Shown here: positions 59,345-64,000 of the stretch, piece after piece
Numbering within the stretch: the stretch's first letter is position 1
Layout of the letters: each line of letters starts with the position of its first letter
Source of the DNA: Anthoceros angustus
Taxonomy: Eukaryota > Plantae > Anthocerotophyta
Direction of reading: 5' to 3'
DNA length: 64,000 nucleotides
NCBI GenBank assembly: GCA_010909165.1
Contig: MU008170.1
Coordinates: 124,001 to 188,000, forward strand
Notes under the pieces: model-generated
Told to the model about the DNA's origin: nothing
Databases searched by the model: none
What the model saw: only the letters and a program-made list of their open reading frames with translations
Program-made: the position numbers and the translations under genes

Positions 59345-60419
59345 TGTGTTTATGCTTTATGCGGTGATTTGGGTTGTGGGTATTGGGCTGCGAGTTCGAT
59401 GATTGGCGCTGCACCAAAGAATTCAGCAATGCATCTATCGATCCTGCGGACATAAAAGACCTATTTGAACGTACAGTGGCTAAGGCTCGACAATTGGTGG
59501 GAATCTATGTCTTTGGCGGGATGTGTCTATGTGTGCCTAACAATGTGCGAGGGAAGATCTAATGGGGGCTTAGCTTGGAGGCAGGTGTGGTACACCTAGG
59601 GCTGCATGCTAACCTCCCTGATTCTTCTGTATACATGATTAGTTTGCAAAGGGGTGCACACAAAAAGAACGAAACGTTATGCCTTTTCAATTCTAGGTTA
59701 GTAGATTCATTTTTCTCTTGAAAACAAGCATATACATGAAACCCTAACTGTCATGCCACCTACAGCAGAGCAGTGTCATTGGGTGGCCGGTAACATGCGA
59801 GGAGTAGCAATGAGAAAGGGCCTTGTTGGCGAACCGCTCGGCGCTCGCTTAGGCGTCGGAAGAAGGCGCCAAGAGCAAGATGTCAGCGTGGGCTGAAAGT
59901 GCGAGAACACGGTCGAGAATGGCCTTCTCGGCGTCGGGCGTCGGGAGTAGCGTGCAGCGAGGCGTCCTTTCATTGCCCGATGCGCCAAAGTCACACGCCA
60001 TGTACTCTATCTTTCACGCGCCTTCTTGGCGCATGTCCTTGAGTCATGGTTACACCTCGGCGACCGGCAACTCTGCGGTCTGGTCCCCATGCCGTCCTCC
60101 TCTCGGACCGTACCGTGGTCCTCTTGCCTATTATGCTCCATCCCTTTTTCATGATTACCTTCCGGGACTTACAGTGTTCTCCCGGGTCTAGTATGGGTGA
60201 CACCTTTTCCGGCCGGGGTTTTGACACCTCGGAGTTTTAGTCCGATGGCCTACTCGGCGTCCGCATACCGATCGGGTCGTCTTCAGCCGTTCTCTTGTCC
60301 ACCGCCATTCCCCCTATTCTACCTTATTTCCCCTTTTCCGCCTTATTTTCCACCCACATACTAACCAAAACCAAAAAAAACTACCTATTACCTTCCTAAG
60401 GGGGAGTCCACAGTTCTCT

Positions 60420-62520
60420 CCTTGTCCACACCACACCTGGGAATTGTGTATATTCTTTCCTCACCATCCTTGCCTTGTAGCGCTCTATGCTTCCATCAGC
60501 CTTGCGCTTGATCTTGAATGTCCGCTTGGATCCTTTGCTCTTTCTTCCATGAGGTAGAGGAGTGATTGCTCAAGTTTTGTTGTATTGTACTCATTGTCTA
60601 CGGCTTCTTTCCACTCCTTCGCCTTTGGTCCTACCAATGCTTCCCTCAGGCTCTGTGGTTCGCCGGCATTTGCCAACCATGACTCCTCATACACACATGC
60701 ATTCATGGATTCCAAGATCTTCTATGAAAGTTTCCATTGTCTTGTTGATCTTTTTAAGATTGGTTGTGTCTTTCGAATACTTTGATCTTCCTCTTCTTCT
60801 TCAAATGCAACAATTCTTTGATCTTCATCATCTTCTTCAACTGCGATAATTCTTTGATTTTCATCTTCTTCTTCAACTGCGATATTTCTTTGATCTTCAT
60901 CTTCTTCCTCAATTTCGACGTCGAGAATTTCCCTCTCTCCCCCCTTTATGTCATGTTGTTGAGAAGATTCTTCAGGTTGAGGAGTAGGTTGCTCAAGAGT
61001 GTCATCATACTTAGAATCCTCGTCATGGTTTTCTACATACGCCGATAGATCCTTCATGATAATCACTGGGGTTGGAGCTCCCACTCCTTTGTTGGGTTCC
61101 ACAACCTCATTAAATACAACATCCCTACTAAAAATGATCTTCTTCCTTGTAAGATCATATAGCCGATATCCATTAACCTCATCAAAGTATCCAAGCATGG
61201 TGCACTTCATGCCTTTCGGATCCCACTTTGTCCAGGTTTACTTTGGAACATAAGCATAAACCGCAAAACCAAAGATCCTCAAATGGCTTATGTCGGGCTC
61301 GACGCCAGACCACGCTTGCCCACGTGCTGTCAAAATAGGAAATTACTTCCCAATTCCAGGCACTGGCAACCTCAGAGCTTTGCTCCCAATTGCTCCTCCT
61401 CCTTGCGACTAGCAGCAAAACCCCACCTGAGGCACAATTGCAACGTTAGTCCTAGCCGGCGCTTTCCAGTTGTTGCCAATTATCCTCGAGATTTCTCCTT
61501 CTAAGGCAAGGCGCCACCAATAAAGTAGTCATGGTGCTCCTCCTTGCGCCCTCAACTTCCACAGTCGCGATGCTATAGGTGTCCCAATCTGGTGCCTCCA
61601 CAGCCTCAGTCTCCTTGACTCGTCGCACAAAGCTCCCTCGCTCCACGGCACTTGGCGCCTTCCTCTTTTCCTTCTTTTCTTCGTCTCCTTCAAGCTCAAG
61701 CTAAGTTTCCTTCTCCTCTTCATTTCGCGCCGCGGTCTTCTTCTCCTCTCGATTCGACCGCGGCGATGGCGATTTCCTTCCTCCTCCTTTTCCTCCTTAC
61801 GCTCAGCACCAACTCTTCGCGCGAAGTGGAGATGCTTCAGTTCAGAGTGAGACATGGCATTGTCCAAACTGGACTTTCCTCCTCTTGGATGTTTGCCACG
61901 TGGAGGCCCCTCAACCCTAGATTTTACCATCCTAAAATACCTTTCCCTATTTAAGTTGCCTATTTCCCTGTCCTATTTTAGCCTTTAATTAATTACTTCC
62001 TAATTGATACTTTGGTTGGAACTCGATTCAAAATATAGGTCGTTGTAACAACAGCCTCACCCCAAAAACGTACCTCCAAGCTACTATGATGTAACATGCA
62101 TTTAGCTGCCTCTACTAAGTTTGCGCCCCGCCACTCCATTTTGCTCTGGCATTGGAGAAATGGTTAGTTGCCTTCATATTCTAATTCCATGCTCCTTGCA
62201 AAAGCATTGGAAGTTATTGGAGATATATTCGCCTTCGTTGTCACTGCACAAAGTCTTCAGATGTTGTCCACTTGCATTCTCCACTATGGCTTTCCATTCC
62301 TTGAAGAGCGTACATACCTGGAATTTCTCCTTCATAAAATATGTCCAAGTGTTCCTTGTGAAGTCATCCACAAACACCAAAATTTAGTGGGCTCCGCCAT
62401 GAGTGCGATTTTCATTGGACCACACACATCCGTGTGTACCAACTCTAGCACCTTCTTTGGTCTGCAATCTTTGGAACTTAGTTCGGTGTAGCTTTCCATT
62501 ATGCACCCTTGGCATAACTC
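60420..62520 (-). mobile_element. Ty1/copia integrase to RT-start fragment, interrupted by an LTR
   Basis: FVDDFTRNTW, LCSDNEGEY, QNGVA, HLRIFG, MLGY..EVNGYRLYD, SRDVVFNE, EPQSLREAL...WKEAVDNEY. Confidence 0.9.
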
Positions 62521-64000
62521 ACCACTTCTTTCACTCCTTAGCCTTTGGTCCTACCAATGCTTCCCTCCGGGCTCTGTGGTTCGGCATTTGCCAGCCATGA
62601 CTCCTCATACACACATGCATTCATGGATTCCAAGATCTTCTATAAGTTTCCATTGTCTTGTTGATCTTTTAAGATTGGTTGTGTCTTTAATACTTTGATC
62701 TTCCTCTTCTTCTTCAAATGCAACAATTCTTTGATCTTCATCATCTTCTTCAAGCTGCGATAATTCTTTGATTTTCATCTTCTTCTTCAAGCTGCGATAT
62801 TTCTTTGATCTTCATCTTCTTCCTCAATTTCGACGTGATAGAAATTTCCTCTCTCCCCCCTTTATGTCATGTTGTTGAGAAGATTCTTCAGGTTGAGGAG
62901 TAGGTTGCTCAAGAGTGTCATCATACTTAGAATCCTCGTCATGGTTTTCTACATCGCGATAGATCCTTCATGATAATCAGGGGTTGGAGCTCCACTCCTT
63001 TGTTGGGTTCCACAACCTCATTAAATACAACATCCCTACTAAAATGATCTTCTTCCTTGTAAGATCATATGGCGATATCCATTAACCTCATCAAAGTATC
63101 CAAGCATGGTGCACTTCATGCCTTTCGGATCCACTTTGTCCGGGTTACTTTGGAACATAAGCATAAACATGACCAAAGATCCTCAAATGGCTTATATGGC
63201 TTAGACCACGCTTGCCGCGTCTTTGTCAAAATAGAGTACTTCCCAATTCAGGCCTTTGGCAACCTCGAGCTTTGCTCCCAATTGCTCCTCCTCCTTGCGA
63301 CTAGCAAAACCCCACGAGCTGGTGCAGCGTTAGTCCTAGCGGCGCTTTCCAGTTGTTGCCAATTATCCTCGAGATTTCTCCTTCTAAGGCAAGGCGCCAC
63401 CAATAAAGTAGTCATGGTGCTCCTCCTTGCGCCCTCAACTTCCACAGTCGCGATGCTATAGGTGTCCCAATCTGGTGCCTCCTGGCCCTCACAGTCTCCT
63501 TCAGCAGCTCGTCGCGCCTGGAAAGCTCCCTACGCTCCACAGCACTTGGCGCCTTCCTCTTTTCCTTCTTTTTCTTCGTCTCCTTCAAGCTCAAGCTAGG
63601 GTTTCCTTCTCCTCTTCAGCTCGCGCACGGTCTTCTTCTCCTCTCGATTCGACCGCGGCGATGGCGATTTCCTTCCTCCTCCTTTTCCTCCTTACGCTCA
63701 GCACCAACTCTTCGCGCGAAGTGGAGATGCTTCAGTTCAGAGTGAGACATGGCATTGTCCAAACTGGACTTTCCTCCTCTTGGATGTTTGCCACGTGGGC
63801 CCCTCAACCCTAGATTTTACCATCCTAAAATACCTTTCCCTATTTAAGTTGCCTATTTCCTGTCCTATTTTAGCCTTTAATTAATTACTTCCTAATTGAT
63901 ACTTTGGTTGGAACTCGATTCAAAATATAGGTCGTTGTAACAACAGCCTCACCCCAAAAACGTACCTCCAAGCTACTATGATGTAACATGCATTTAGCTG
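60595..64000. repeat. Tandem segmental duplication: copy A about 60595-62525, copy B 62526 to beyond 64000 (indel-rich)
   Basis: CTCCTT.GCCTTTGGTCCTACCAATGCTTCCCTC occurs at about 60615 and 62535, and the sequences stay colinear to the window end. Confidence 0.93.
61328..62009. mobile_element. Solo LTR (~680 bp) inside the copia integrase; duplicate at 63224-63901
   Basis: Ends TGTCAAAATAGGAA and TTCCTAATTGATA are an imperfect terminal inverted repeat. The copia frame breaks at both ends; no clean target-site duplication was seen. Confidence 0.6.

Noticed and set aside
59760-60260. GC-rich coding-like stretch
   Set aside because: Only short ORFs with no recognisable domain; left unannotated.

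Overview
Eukaryotic DNA with plant-type genes and short introns. It looks like a non-seed land plant or streptophyte alga, but that is inferred, not shown. The left half holds five spliced host genes: two convergent ENO3-type enolase paralogues (700-3540 +, 7467-10476 -), a GTE8/9/11-type BET bromodomain gene (11451-15329 -), an AT-hook + PHD-finger gene (27509-29000 +) and a secreted SMP-30/gluconolactonase with microbial-looking motifs (31216-32931 -). CRE-like non-LTR fragments lie between them. The right half (35-64 kb) is a nest of transposons: a CACTA end, several Ty1/copia pieces, an LTR with a long extra ORF, and a rearranged Ty3/gypsy element. That gypsy element is the most striking feature. 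Besides Gag, protease, RT, RNase H and integrase, it carries a C5 cytosine DNA methyltransferase domain directly upstream of RT and a PHD finger after integrase. Four 1.5-1.9 kb tandem duplications with indel-rich segments suggest long-read assembly artefacts, so frameshifts between 36 and 64 kb should be read with caution. All exon boundaries and frameshifted translations were worked out by eye.
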